A DNA stretch of 63,165 bases, the filler included, from Stramenopiles sp. TOSAG23-3 (lineage: Eukaryota): assembly GCA_900128585.1 (NCBI GenBank). It is 21 parts of 21 records of this genome, joined end to end, with 100 filler letters (N's around TTAATTAATTAA, not from the genome) between each part and the next. Parts side by side here need not be neighbours in the genome. Positions count along the whole stretch, not along the records: positions 33,211 to 36,123 come from LT644533.1; positions 36,224 to 39,136 come from LT644534.1; positions 39,237 to 42,149 come from LT644535.1; positions 42,250 to 45,161 come from LT644536.1; positions 45,262 to 48,170 come from LT644537.1; positions 48,271 to 51,177 come from LT644538.1; 15 more parts are not named here. One strand, written 5' to 3'. Positions 35,652 through 48,432 of this stretch are shown here, piece by piece. The first letter of the stretch is position 1, and each line of letters starts with the position of its first letter. The notes under the pieces were generated by a model. It saw only the letters and a list, made by a program, of their open reading frames with translations, made no database searches and was not told the origin of the DNA. A program made the position numbers and the translations under genes.

Positions 35652-36044
35652 ATGTCGAGACAACAACAACAAAATAATTATGCAACGGAAGAAATATTAA
35701 GACGAAAACAACAATTGGAAGCTCAATTAGCACAAACCGTAAACCAGTTGGACCAAATTAATGGTAGTCGTCACCATAATAGTAGTAACAACAAAGAAAA
35801 TAACAGAAATATTATGTCTTCTACTACCACTATGAAAAAGAAAAGCAAACGAAACAAACAACCTCCCAGTGCACGTGGAAGTAAATCTCGTAAATCAAAA
35901 CGGGATATAACACCACCTGTACAAGCACCTGTCAGACATCGTTCACCACCGTTTGTACCAACTAATTTATTACAAAGTACAAATAACAACGGCAACAATA
36001 GGAGTAATAGTAACAATAACAATCGTAATGCAAACCAACAAAAT
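35652..36044 (+). CDS. Asn/Gln-rich hypothetical protein N-terminus, truncated by an inverted copy of the phosphatase 3' end
   Basis: ATG after an AT-rich promoter; from 36045 the sequence is the reverse complement of 33211-33289. Confidence 0.55.
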
Positions 36045-36763
36045 ATGATGAAGATGGATTGTTTATCGTTCCAGCATTTCGTATTGAAAGTGGTTTAGTC
36101 ATTACACAAGAAAGTTTGTAGGTNNNNNNNNNNNNNNNNNNNNNNNNNNNNNNNNNNNNNNNNNNNNTTAATTAATTAANNNNNNNNNNNNNNNNNNNNN
36201 NNNNNNNNNNNNNNNNNNNNNNNTTTAGTGGTTACAATCCCTAATACATAATAATATTGTAACCTATTTCGCCCTGAAGAAGCTGCTGAACCGGGACGGC
36301 GGCGCGGCGCTCGTAAAATAAAGGGGGGGAGGAAGATCGAAAACGCACTTGTAATTGAAGTTGTCTTCGTTTTGCTTACGACTCGTACGTGTCTCCTCCC
36401 ACAAAAAAAGATCAGATTTCTCAGATTCTCAGAATTAGTCTAATGGCGGGAGTCAAGCTGATGCTGTGTAGCTGTTGTGTCTCCTCCCAAATAAAATCCG
36501 ATGATCTTAAAAATCTTTTTTTGTCCTTGTTTTAATTACATTGTCACAGCATGGACCGCAGGGAATTTTCTCCTTCCATTTCATTGTTGACACCTTGCAG
36601 TAACTTGTGCAACTGGTGGACAAATTGATTGACCTGGACAGTTCGTACTGACACTTCTTCTGCTCCACTACTTTTTGAGTTTTTCAACAATTTGTCCAAT
36701 AAATTTAAGCATATTCAAAATTTAAAACATATATCCTATTAATCTTAACTTTATTCTTGCAAA

Positions 36764-37150
36764 ATGAAAGCCGCGCTATTCCTTTCGCTCCTTGTTGTTC
36801 TTGCAGACCAGGCACATGGTTATTCCTTGAAAACTTATTCAAGCACTGACTGCAGTGGTTCACCCATATCTACAGCCGAGGACGGGGCATGTAATGCAGC
36901 AGCTTCTAACACTTCCATGAAATTTGGAAAATTCGAACCCTGCGAAGTAGGTGGGAAAGTTGACGTTGTAGCTTATTCCCAATTGAATTGTGCAGGAACA
37001 GGAACTGCGACTAAAATTTCCAACTCCTACAAGATTGACGAATGCACCAAAATGGGTACTCAGAGCGTGCTGATGACCTGCGGAGCATATGGCACTGCAA
37101 GCATCAGTGCTCTGGCAATTGGTGCTGCCATTCTGATGTCATTCCTCTAG
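36764..37150 (+). CDS. Small secreted Cys-rich protein, probably GPI-anchored
   Basis: Signal peptide, six Cys with a duplicated 'YS..(D/N)C.G' motif, hydrophobic C-terminus after small residues. Confidence 0.78.
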   Translation: MKAALFLSLLVVLADQAHGYSLKTYSSTDCSGSPISTAEDGACNAAASNTSMKFGKFEPCEVGGKVDVVAYSQLNCAGTGTATKISNSYKIDECTKMGTQSVLMTCGAYGTASISALAIGAAILMSFL

Positions 37151-37799
37151 GGTGACGTTTGAACCCAGAGTTTTGACCAGTTCTGAAGAGATACCCAGAA
37201 AGACCGTGAAGGAACTGGTGACAGCTACAGGCCAACAACCGGGCCCTCGATTGAAAACCCCGATGATGCAGGACTCAAGGGATTCTTGCCCAGCACTTGG
37301 GCATACCAATTGGAGAGAGCTAGACTTCGTTCCCCAATTTTAACCTTGATATGTAATGATCATTGCACATTCAATTTAGTAAATACGACTTTTACTTTTT
37401 TGAACGGCGTGTACTTAAAAATAAGCTATGTACAATGTCATGGCAAGTTCAAAAGTTCTTCTTATTAATAAATTTTAGTACAGTACCAAATAGTATAATT
37501 AAAAAATAGATTATGATAGGGGACTTTATTATTATTATTGATGATGTGATGATGATATTATTAGACTAATATTATATTTATTATTATAACTATAATACGC
37601 TACCGGTAGTCGTCTATTAGTCTATATAGTTATTGTATTTTTTCATAATAGGAGGAGGGAGGAGGAGTGTGAATGAATTCAAAAAAAAAAAATAATAAAT
37701 AATAATACGACGAGATAAATAATTGATATAAAATGAGAGTTTTAAAACATACTATATGTAATTTGTTTTTTTTATTATCTAAAATGAGATCAATCTCTC

Positions 37800-38828
37800 T
37801 CACTCTTCAATTGATGTAACTCTATTGGACAGCAAGTTGCGAATTATCTCTTTACACCGAACTAGTTCTTTCGTGGTAGTGCTCAGCTGCCCTAAAACTT
37901 GCTCATCCCTTGGCATAGATAACGATCGCTCCATTTCACATCGTGAATTGAGCCGGTGTACGACATCATCGTGCTGTTTCATTATCTGTTTTAGCTCCTG
38001 CGCATGAACCTTTTTCACCGCTGCTACAGCAGCGTGCTGTGCGTCAGAAACGCTCTTGTCGTACTGTGTCTCTTTGATTTTGATGTTCTGTTCTAAGGTG
38101 ATAATTCGTGTCTCCAGAACGTTGTTTCTTTGTCGTAAAAATTCTTTGCCCTTTGCCCTTTCCTCTTCCCTTATAAGCTGTAGTGCATTCTTATGCGCAA
38201 CCTCCATGTCATGAATTCTTCCCGCCGTCGATTTCATCAAGCGCCTGTGCCTTGTAGCCTCCTCCAGTGCACATTGCTTTCGCGTTGTGTCTATCGTTCG
38301 CTGCATTGCCAAATTGAAACGCTTCCTCTGGTTGTGATAGTGATGCCCATTTCGATCCAATTCTTCGTATTCTTCGTCGATGTAATTAATTTTCTGCGCA
38401 TCTTCTTCTTTGTCGCCCAAGGGTGTGACTGTTGCAGCTTTCGTTTGCGTGGACACGGCTTCTTCTTTTTCGCCCAGGTGTCCAACTGTTACAGCTTCTG
38501 TTTGCGTGGCCAAGGTCACTGTCATTGTGCGGTACCTTGTTTTAGATTGATGTATTATTTGTGGTAGCGTTTCACTATCGCTTCGGGTGTTTCGGGAAGC
38601 TTTTGCCTGAAATAGCGATTCTTTCAAACGCTCTATTTGCAACTGACTTGCATCAGCTGCTGCATCCACTTTCCTCTCTAGTGCTTCAATCTGAAGCTTA
38701 TGTTCCTTTTTTATTGAAAAAATAGTTTCCTTTAGTTGCAAATTTAACGCGTGGCATGACAATATTTCCTCTTGCAAACGATCGTTGGCAACCTTTAAGC
38801 CCCTAAACTCTTCGCAATCTTCCGCCAT
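37800..38828 (-). CDS. Coiled-coil protein with tandem TQT motifs
   Basis: 342-aa heptad-rich ORF; duplicated 'ATQTEAVTVGHLGEKEE / STQTKAATVTPLGDKEE'. Confidence 0.7.
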   Translation of the reverse strand: MAEDCEEFRGLKVANDRLQEEILSCHALNLQLKETIFSIKKEHKLQIEALERKVDAAADASQLQIERLKESLFQAKASRNTRSDSETLPQIIHQSKTRYRTMTVTLATQTEAVTVGHLGEKEEAVSTQTKAATVTPLGDKEEDAQKINYIDEEYEELDRNGHHYHNQRKRFNLAMQRTIDTTRKQCALEEATRHRRLMKSTAGRIHDMEVAHKNALQLIREEERAKGKEFLRQRNNVLETRIITLEQNIKIKETQYDKSVSDAQHAAVAAVKKVHAQELKQIMKQHDDVVHRLNSRCEMERSLSMPRDEQVLGQLSTTTKELVRCKEIIRNLLSNRVTSIEE

Positions 38829-39236
38829 TGTCTTAAGGAATACGCAATGACCTTAATGCAGATATTGAGCGACGATAGTTTTCTTTAGCAGAACATGGTA
38901 AGAAAATTTGTAGATAAAACCGGGTAGCCCTATTTCAATGTTTGAAACATAATTTTTCGATTATGAAACGAATCTCAGACAGTAGGACCAGGAGTACATT
39001 CCATTTCATTATTTGAATTTTGACTTTTGGCTTTTGACTCATCATATTTTCTTTATAATAATAATAATTGAAGTAGTAGTCGTCTATATTTTTTATTGTG
39101 TGCTGTTGTGTGTTTGTATATATATTAGTCCTAATANNNNNNNNNNNNNNNNNNNNNNNNNNNNNNNNNNNNNNNNNNNNTTAATTAATTAANNNNNNNN
39201 NNNNNNNNNNNNNNNNNNNNNNNNNNNNNNNNNNNN

Positions 39237-40001
39237 CGCCACCTCCTTCAACGTTAATGGAAACGGAGTGTTTTCAGCAGATGTTCGTCCCGAGTCGTCC
39301 TGTTTGACCATACTCTTGCCAGCACCAGGTTCCTCCGAAAATTCATACAATTCACTGCTAAACAATTCTTTGTACTCGTCTAGGCCGGCGCTTGTCGCTG
39401 GCTTCGTTCGGTTCCTATGAAACTCCACGAATGGCGTGTTGGGCAAAATCAATGACACCCCAACGCACAAGCAAACGATAAATAAACACACACAAAAGTA
39501 CGAGCCAATTCCCGCCACCTCGGACGGAACTTCCCCAATCTTTCCAGATTTTATCAACAGCCGGAACACTGAAAAAAACAAACCGGCCAGAGCCTGTCCA
39601 CTAACACAGTCACCCGTGTATATCCCGGGCAATGCCGCGATCAATCTGAAAGATTCTGTCTGGGACACGGCCTGTCCTATACCAAGAAAGCACGAAAGGA
39701 ACATCAGGGCGCCACTGCTAGGCGCGCTTGAAAATAGGAACACCAACAACGGGCACAAAAAGAAAGCAAACCCAGCGGCGATAACTTTACCTGGATGAAG
39801 GTTGAAAGCTGGAATTTTCTCAGACATAACAATGCACGCAATCAGCCCCAGAAAGTTAAATACCATATACAACATCGGTGCTCCGATAACCGCGCAGTAC
39901 GGGGAAAGCATCCCGATTCCCAGAAAAAAGGAAGCGGCCCGAACCAAGTTGTGCGTATCCGGCACGCCATTTAAGTCTGCTGGGCGTTTCGTCTTCCCCA
40001 T
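39237..40001 (-). CDS. Equilibrative nucleoside transporter (SLC29/ENT), N-terminal half, 3'-partial
   Basis: 'FFLGIGMLSPYCAVI' and 'LPGIYTGDCVSGQALAGLFFSVFRLL...SYF' match ENT TM1 and TM5-6 patterns. Confidence 0.75.
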
Positions 40002-40824
40002 GGCTGGATGGAGGTGCGTTGTTTTTTTCACGTTCTGGTATGAATAGAAACGTAATCACGTTTCGTTCCCAACGCGTTAAATCCTGTTATTTTCTTATGA
40101 GGGGTGAGAAGATTACACTTATTTTATTCTATAATTACATGAATGAAAATCGTATTTGTCATCATCGGTCATGTCGTTTTGTCAAACACATTTTATTATT
40201 ATTTTTAGACGACTATTATTAATAATAATAAAACCAAAAAAAAAAAAAAAAAAATTATACTACTCTTTTATTTTCACTATACCAATTTATATAGGACATT
40301 GTTACAAGTACAATATTTTAAGTTTTCGCTCCACAGCTAACCCCCTGTCCCCCTGTAGTCCTGTAGTACGAAATATAAAATATTGATACATAGCCCTATG
40401 CCTATATATACAGCGTGCAGCCTGCAGAAAGCAGAAAGCATCACACTGCTCCAGCAGCTAGAACCTATAACGTCTACACAGTATTACAATACTATAAATA
40501 CACAACAACAAAAAACAAACCAGCCCAATTCCCAATTCTTTATTAGGCTTTATTATTAGGGCTTTGATCCATTATATTATTACCGGTATAATATAATTAA
40601 TAATAAGAAATGGCTCAATTGAATTATAGCTGTCCTATATTATATTCCAATTTTCTTATAGTGATGGGTCTATTTTTAACATATTGGTAAAGGGTAAACG
40701 TGTTTGGTTGTGCACAGGAAGACGTTCACACCATCGTTTAATGTACAGGAAAGGAACGAAATCTTGACAACTTAACCCTCTCTTCTGAATTATCTGTACG
40801 AACAGTGCCCAGGTTCAATTCCAA

Positions 40825-42149
40825 ATGGATTCCCCAGACGGCGACGGCAGTGCCGCTGTCAGCCCAACCAGTGTCGAGCTCACGAGCTCACCACTGGAAA
40901 TAAACGTGCCACCACAGAACGGCGCGCAGATTACTTTTTGTACTCACGTAGGATGGGACGGTACTGCAATGTTATTGTTTACCTCCGGGGTTTCAGGGCT
41001 CTTTATATGGATATACAGTAAATATACGAAATCGTTCCAGGCAGGTCATCGCCCATGGGTGTGGTTATTCTTGGTGCTTGCGTTGCTGTATCTGTTGCTA
41101 ACGATTCTCTACGCGCTTTCGTGGAAGAAATTGGCGAACACATACTCCGTTGACCGTCCTGCGGAGCCAGGAAAGGGGAAGAACTCCATCTCTCAAAAAA
41201 TTGTCAAAGTCATATTTATGTTCAACATCAACGGCGTTCTATTTTTGTGGAAGCTGTATTTGCTTGAGTTTGTAGAGAGTATCAACCAGCTTGTAAACCT
41301 GATCACAGTCTATCTGTGCACGTTGCCTGTGGAAATAAGCTCCTGCATGTGCGTTGCCCTTGCTGTCGATGCGTTTTACCGTGCTTACCAAATGGGCCAA
41401 CCGCACACTATATTTCGTCGGGCTAGGCAAATTAAGATCGACCTGTTCTTGGATTTCACGTGTGTGGCGACGCCGTTGATCTTATTGTACGGTGCATACG
41501 GAATACCAATAACGATCCCTGAAATGCTGCAGCTAACATTGTGGCCGTCCCTGTGCATTTTTAGCAAAACCCGGTCTATCTTCAGAGAGATCGTGAGAGT
41601 CCGGGCGAATGCAGCTATGATTCTTCAACAAGAGAAACGATCGTTGAAAACGAACCGTCGTTTACGAAGTGGGACCAGGGTTGAAATGATTGCCGCGAAA
41701 CAATATAAGCAGTTTCCGAAAAGCATTTCCTCTGCGTTTCTTGTGTACAATATTTGCTACGGTTTATTTCTTTCCATAACGGCAATTGTGCACCTTGGGA
41801 TCGTTTCGGACAAACCCCAGTTTGAACGCTGCGACAAGGTAACATGGGAAGAGGGATGTGTGAGTAAGATACCGTTTTGCAAGAGCTTGTTTGCGCCTAC
41901 GTGCAATTGCGCGTATTTAAAGCTGGAGAACAATCACTCAGTGGCATCGTTGCCGAACAGTTTAGCCGACGATATGGTCGGACTGCGGAGAATCTTCATA
42001 CGCAATTGTAACCTGACCAAATTGCCCCCAAAAATGGAGCAGCTGACGGAAATGGTTTACTTTGAAGTGTCGAAGAATCGATTAAAAGCGTTTAATGTTG
42101 ATATTAGAGAATGGAAAAACTTGGATAATCTAGTGTTGATGCATAATAA
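40825..42149 (+). CDS. Multi-pass membrane protein with Cys linker and C-terminal LRRs, 3'-partial
   Basis: Several hydrophobic segments, 'CVSKIPFCKSLFAPTCNC', LRRs 'LRRIFIRNCNLTKLP' and 'FEVSKNRLKAF'. Confidence 0.75.
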
Positions 42150-42249
42150 NNNNNNNNNNNNNNNNNNNNNNNNNNNNNNNNNNNNNNNNNNNNTTAATTA
42201 ATTAANNNNNNNNNNNNNNNNNNNNNNNNNNNNNNNNNNNNNNNNNNNN

Positions 42250-44224
42250 ACAAAAGAAACGTTCACCAAAAGATGCTGCAAAACACCTGCTATTTTACTC
42301 CAACTTAAAAGTGCACGCAAAACGCGCCGTTGAAAGCACACAAAAAAGACTGAAAGAAAGCATTGCAAAGACGGTACAGGAAACGGCGACAAATGCAGTG
42401 AATGATGAAATTGATGGCACTATTGGCGATGCAAAAGATGAAGCCATTGCCAGTGCAACTGGTGACACTGCTGATTCACACGACGATAGGATCGAAGAGA
42501 CCCAAGAACACGTACAAAATCAAATTAATGAACACAGCGAAACATGGGGAGACCATATTTTACGTCACCTGCGCATTATCATTGGGTACCTCCAAGTCTT
42601 TAGTAATTTGGATTTGACCTTTGATGTACCGTGGCCAAAAGATTTCAAGAAGTATTTTCAATTTTTTGCATTTATCAATATTGATATGCAAGCTATCTTT
42701 GGCAGTCTTGACGTTTGCAATTTAAGTGTACCATTTTTGGATGCTTTTTACATTCATATGTTTGTCTTGCCCATGTTTCTGTTTACACTGGCGCTTGCTG
42801 TACTCACCGCTGTATACATAAAGTCGAAATATAGTAAAAAAGAGAAGGAAGAAAAAACCCAACGAAATACAGTATACGACCGTGCCATGACAACTCTTAT
42901 GTTTGTCGTGTTTTTAATTTATCCCGGTCTGACTGTACGTGTGTTCCGTGTGATGCGTTGTAGAGACCTTGGTCCCAATGGCGAACTGTATTTGGCTGCT
43001 GATTATTCTATTAAATGTTTCGAAGGAGACCACCAAACGGCCTTTTCATTTGCCATTCTTTTCATATTTATGTATGTACTTGGGATACCGTTGGTCATGT
43101 ACTTTCAATTATGGCGCCATCGTCACATTATTGCCCTGGTCAACGAGGAAAACGATAAGAAAGATGAGGGCGAGTTAAAAGTATTGGAAAACACAGACGA
43201 AGGCGCGCTTGATTTAAACAAACGGCTATTATTAATTAAATTACGCACTGTGTTGCAATTACGAAAAGGTCGAAACAATGCGTTTAGAATTGTTGCCCCA
43301 GACAAAAAGACAAGATTTCGAATAGGCTTGCCAGAAGATCAAAACGATAAAGACTCGTTAAAGGAATCCGTCATCATGCAATATGGTTCGTTATTTGAAG
43401 GGTACGAAGACGACGTGTGGTACTGGGAAATAGTCGAAATGCTACGCAAAGCACTGTTGACAGGTGGCTTGGTGTTGTTGTTACCGGGCACGTCCGCGCA
43501 AGTATTGTCTGGATTACTCGTTTGTCAATTTTATATTTTATTTTTAACCAAAATGACACCATACAAGGAACCAACAGATGATTGGTTACAGATATTTGCA
43601 AGCTTGCAATTGTTGTTAACGTTATTAGGAGGTTTACTCTTAAAAATGGATGACTCGGACCATCGGCTCTACGAAGATGTCTTTATGACGTACACATTGA
43701 TCACATTAAACGCGTTGGTTTTCGTTATTGGATTTTGTACGATGGCTTTTGAAAACGTATTGTACGTTGGTATTGGCCAATGTTTTCGCATTTTATTTCA
43801 GAGGTGGGCAGGAATATGTATGGGTACCGGGTATGGGCGGAGTGCTCGGAAACCTGCCATATTGCCCGTTGGCATGGATAAAAAACCAGGAGCATCCGAT
43901 GGAAAGATCAAAAAATTAGTCGTACCCGACGGAAACGATAGAAAACCGGCAGCGCCCGTGGGAAAGGATGAAAACTCGGTTGAGCCCGGGACAAACGTCA
44001 TGGCTCAATTGAGCAATAATTTCGTCCTTAAGATGAAGCAGAAAGGAGAGCATCATTCTGCTGTTGGAAAGATAAAAAAGACGGAAATGGAAGAAGAGGA
44101 ATATATGAGACGGAAACAAGAACAAGTTTTGGTACAGAAAGAACAGCAGCGTTTGAAATTAGAAAAACGATTGACCGAACGGAGGAAGTCGACGAAAGAA
44201 AAAACAACCCATGATGGCAAGTAA
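42250..44224 (+). CDS. C-terminal multi-TM domain of a large protist surface-membrane protein, 5'-partial
   Basis: 'LRIIIGYLQV...VPWP', 'YLAADYSIKC', 'YGSLFEGY...WYWEIVEMLRK' are typical of this widespread protist TM module. Confidence 0.75.
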
Positions 44225-44369
44225 AGGTAGACAGTTTGTGATGATTTATGTTCGTATGGTCGGCGTTGGTATAATATTATTTCTTTGAATGATGATGACG
44301 AAGAAGAAAAAAAAGTAATTCATTCATCCATCGTTTATTTATCCTTTTTATAATTACTGTATTTATATC

Positions 44370-45161
44370 TTATACCCCGAAGGAGAAATCAAACTCATGA
44401 AGAGTATTTCTTGACGCGTTGCCCACGCTGCTTTTGTCCGAAAATCTCCGGGTCCGATAGCTTTTGAACCTATTATGAGAAATTGTTACATTACTTTTTC
44501 GGGGGGCACGGTCCAAAATAAATGAACGTCTTGCGTTTAGATCCTCTTCACAGAGAGCTCTCCGTTTACGTAAATTTTCAAGCATTCTCCGTCCACTCTG
44601 GTTTACAAAAATCGAAGCTGAATCCAACGTCGGTGGACTTCCAGCATTACTACCACCCTTCCACGAAAATTCAGGGTTCACTCGTTCCTTCAATAACTGC
44701 TCCGCCTTCATTCGAATCTCACTAGAGCCGCGAGGCGATTTGTCTTCCACTTCAGAGTTTACCCTTTCCTTCAATAATATTTTCGCTTTCGTTCGAACCT
44801 TTTCAGGTTCCTGAGAACAATTGATTTCCACTTTTTCGAAAAGTCGCCCTTCTCTTTTCTGAAAGCTGGCCGTTTTTCTTGGCGTACTTTCCTTTTTTAT
44901 CGTTGCTTGGCTCTTTTTTTTCAAAGAAAGCACGCTTGAATCTGTGTCAATTCGACTACGGGCTCCAGAGAAAGAAACCCCTCTCGCGTTGGTGTATAAA
45001 TGGGGCTTGCTCTTGGGGGCCAAATCTTGCTCAGCGCGTAGGTCCATTTCACGCCGCGCGAGCTTTTCAAACATGCTATATTCTCCCTCTAACGAAGCTA
45101 AACCAGGTTCGACTGATTTTGCAGATGCAGCCGTGTTCTGCACCTTTCTAACAATTTGGTT
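44370..45161 (-). CDS. Hypothetical protein, probably 5'-partial
   Basis: 257-aa ORF near the contig edge, convergent with the previous gene; internal duplication 'KAKILLKERVN/KAEQLLKERVN'. Confidence 0.55.
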   Translation of the reverse strand, partial: NQIVRKVQNTAASAKSVEPGLASLEGEYSMFEKLARREMDLRAEQDLAPKSKPHLYTNARGVSFSGARSRIDTDSSVLSLKKKSQATIKKESTPRKTASFQKREGRLFEKVEINCSQEPEKVRTKAKILLKERVNSEVEDKSPRGSSEIRMKAEQLLKERVNPEFSWKGGSNAGSPPTLDSASIFVNQSGRRMLENLRKRRALCEEDLNARRSFILDRAPRKSNVTISHNRFKSYRTRRFSDKSSVGNASRNTLHEFDFSFGV

Positions 45162-45885
45162 NNNNNNNNNNNNNNNNNNNNNNNNNNNNNNNNNNNNNNN
45201 NNNNNTTAATTAATTAANNNNNNNNNNNNNNNNNNNNNNNNNNNNNNNNNNNNNNNNNNNNATATAAAATTAAAAATAAAATAATAAAAAATATGATTTT
45301 TTTATTAAAAAAAAAATGTTTTATTCCTTTATATTATTATATCTTCTAAAAATATTATGGTACTTATATTTATATTTAGTATACGAATATATCTGTTTTT
45401 GTAAATGTAAAAAAGTGGAGGGAATGAGAATTCTTCTAAAATAATTATTAAAAGAAATGGAGGAGTGAGATACGATGGTACGGTACTACTCGTACTATGA
45501 AGTGCACGGACGAAAAATAAAATAATAGAGAGAAAGGATCGATGATGAAGAAGAAGGAAGGAAGGAAGGGAGCCAATTTTTCAGGATTAATACTATTACT
45601 ATGTTAAAAAATAATGATCCAATGAGATGATTCCCCCTTCTTCTTCTTTTTATTATTATATAGAAGAACAACTAATAATTAAAATAATATAATAATAATT
45701 AATATATAATATCTAAGAAAGAAAGAAAGAAAGAAAGAAGCAAGTTTGCAGATGTTTTGTTTGTAAGAAAATGTAATGAAAGAGAGAAAAAGGAAAGTCT
45801 GGAGAGGTGAAAGACACGTTACGGTTACTCTAAAGTTGCGTTTTATTGTTTACAGCAATTCGGAACTTATATTTGAAGAATTATT

Positions 45886-46296
45886 ATGGGAGCTGGAGCC
45901 TCTGCCTTTCCTGCAGGTCATTACAAACACGAACTAGCGAAACCACGGGACGCCTCGGACTTACTGGAAGCGGACTTTGAGTTTGTGAAAAGCGAAGCAT
46001 CCCGACTTTTGCGTGAATTGAGTAAATACGTTGAGGACCCTGCTACTGTTGGTGTAGATTTGTCGTTGAACGATATTTGCTCGCACGATACAGAAGCCGA
46101 AAACTTTCAAGCGTGTATCCAAACTGTGTCGCACATTCGCCGGCTCCTTCACAAGACCACCTCCGCAGAGACTCGTGAACGCAGGCGCCGTCTGAGCAAC
46201 CAAGGCAAAGCGCTTTTCCAGAATTTTGTCGAGAACAGCGACGACGAAGACGAAGGGGTTGACAGAATGTTAGATATGAGCAACTTGCGCAAGTAA
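45886..46296 (+). CDS. Small protein with N-myristoylation-type start
   Basis: Begins MGAGAS; 136 aa following an AT-rich promoter. Confidence 0.65.
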   Translation: MGAGASAFPAGHYKHELAKPRDASDLLEADFEFVKSEASRLLRELSKYVEDPATVGVDLSLNDICSHDTEAENFQACIQTVSHIRRLLHKTTSAETRERRRRLSNQGKALFQNFVENSDDEDEGVDRMLDMSNLRK

Positions 46297-46385
46297 TTCC
46301 TGCCCAACCGTAGCAAACATGACTGACCGTGCGAACTGGGGTCTGAACGACCTTATGCTCGTGTCCGAGGAGGGCCACACTGCCT

Positions 46386-48170
46386 TTGCCCCCCCAAGCA
46401 CGATCCTATGGTAGTAGGAGGCCTGTACTCCCCCCTGGTGTTGCGGGGGAACCGCCGGGAAAGAACAAGAAGGGGGCAAAGCGCCAATACCATAAGAAGA
46501 GGCCAGGGTCGAGCTCGCACCCGCTTCCCACAATGTACAGCAAGGACTTGTTGATTTCATGGCTGTACGAAAACAGGCAAAAGACGCTGCCAAAGGATTA
46601 CGTGGAGCTTGCCGGCTGGCCCATGGATACCATGGCCACCGGTGTCATTGCGAGGGTCTGCAAACGCTCCAAGGGGATGGTGCTCAAGAAATCGCCCGGG
46701 GTGACCGATAGCATTTTAAACCGGCTGACGTTCTGCACGAAGCTGACTGAGTTCGACCTATCGGGGTGCACTGACGTGACCGACCAGGGTATCGAAATCC
46801 TTCGTAAAAACTTCTGCAAGCTTCGGTCCCTCTCTCTGCAGGGGCTCAAGCAGATTACAATAAACACGGTGCCAGATCTCATCTACAGCACGACAGCACT
46901 GCACACCCTAAACCTGGGCTATTGCGACCAAATGACCGACGCTGTGCTGCACGCCCTTGCAACTCGCACGCAGCCGAACGGGGTCCCCCCCATTGCGCTG
47001 ACCGATTTGAACTTTGCGGGTTGCACGCGGCTGACCGATGCTGGTGTTGGGGAACTCGTTCAAAATTGTACTGGTCTGGTGTCACTCAGCTTAAGGAACT
47101 GCAAAAATGTCACGGGAATGTCGTTTTCCGTGCTTCAAAAAGTCAGGCTCCCCTCGTTGACTTCGTTGGACCTGTCTGGCGTAGTTCTGCACGATCTGGA
47201 TCTTAGCTGGATCGCGCAAGGCTGCAGTCACCTCACGTTCCTAACGCTCGACCGAGTGAAGGACATCACAGACATCGGCCTCACAGTACTCGTAGACTAC
47301 TTGTCGGAGCTCCGGGTGCTTAACTTGAACGGTTGCGTAAATATTGGAGACCTGGGGATTTACCGGGTTTTAGGGTACGCCAAAGGGCTTCGGGAGATTG
47401 CAGAAGCAAAAAAGAAGGTTAGCAAAACGAAAAGCAACCAAGAGGAAGAAGACGACCATCTCGAAAACCACTGGAAATCTGCAATCAAGCAGCTGGGGCT
47501 GGACGTCCACGTGGATGCGGCAAGCAAACCATCGCCCGAGAAGCAGAGCGTCGAGTCGCTTGCCCTGACCCTTACAGATGCGCAGGGAGGCTGCCTGAAA
47601 CTGAGAGAGTTGGGGCTCAGAAAGTGTTCCAATATTACCGCCAAAGGTCTCGTGGCCCTCGCAGCGACGAGCGACCACATTCCGCTCGAGGCGGTCCATT
47701 TGCAGAAACGTTCCGGTGGCGCCACGGTGCATAACAGGGGGGCGCTTTACTTGGCGCGCTCGAAATCCTTCGCTCGCAACATTCGAAAGCTGTCCCTTAT
47801 CGACCAAAATGGAATCTTAGAAAAAAGCCTTTGCACCCTTGTTCGTGCCTGCAAAGACTTGGAATTCCTGGATTTGTCCGGCTGCGTCCATGTAAGCGAT
47901 GCTGTTTTGAAGGCCCTGAGGCTTGACGCGCCGAAAGGTGGTAAGAAGCAAATCGAGAGCGAGGGAGTGCGGTCGGTCCGGCCGCTGAAGAGCATAAACC
48001 TAACCAGGTGCAAGTTGGTTACGGACGTTGGCGCCAAAATTTTGGCTTCAAAGTCTTGCGGCAATATTTCCACCATCGTGGTGTCTTCCTGCGTGCAGAT
48101 AACCGACGGTTTCCTCGTCGCTTTGGCGAGGGGGTACTCTGGGCCATCGCTGCGGGCAATAAACCTCTCC
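46386..48170 (+). CDS. Cys-containing LRR (FBXL/AMN1-type) protein; start uncertain, 3'-partial
   Basis: Repeated 'LxxLDLSGCxxVTDxG' units. Confidence 0.85.
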
Positions 48171-48271
48171 NNNNNNNNNNNNNNNNNNNNNNNNNNNNNN
48201 NNNNNNNNNNNNNNTTAATTAATTAANNNNNNNNNNNNNNNNNNNNNNNNNNNNNNNNNNNNNNNNNNNNA

Positions 48272-48344
48272 ATTACAGAACCAAGTTAGGATTAGGGTAC
48301 GACGAAGCTAAATTTAATTACTTAAATAACAGCCAATTTTCTTG
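48272..48344 (+). repeat. 73-bp dispersed repeat, copy 2
   Basis: Matches 30298-30370 with 2 mismatches. Confidence 0.9.
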
Positions 48345-48432
48345 TTTTTGAGTATGACATTAGTCTATTGAATTTAGGTTTTAAGATTGTGTATGAACTC
48401 TAGATGGACCAAACGCCCACGAAGTTCAGGAG

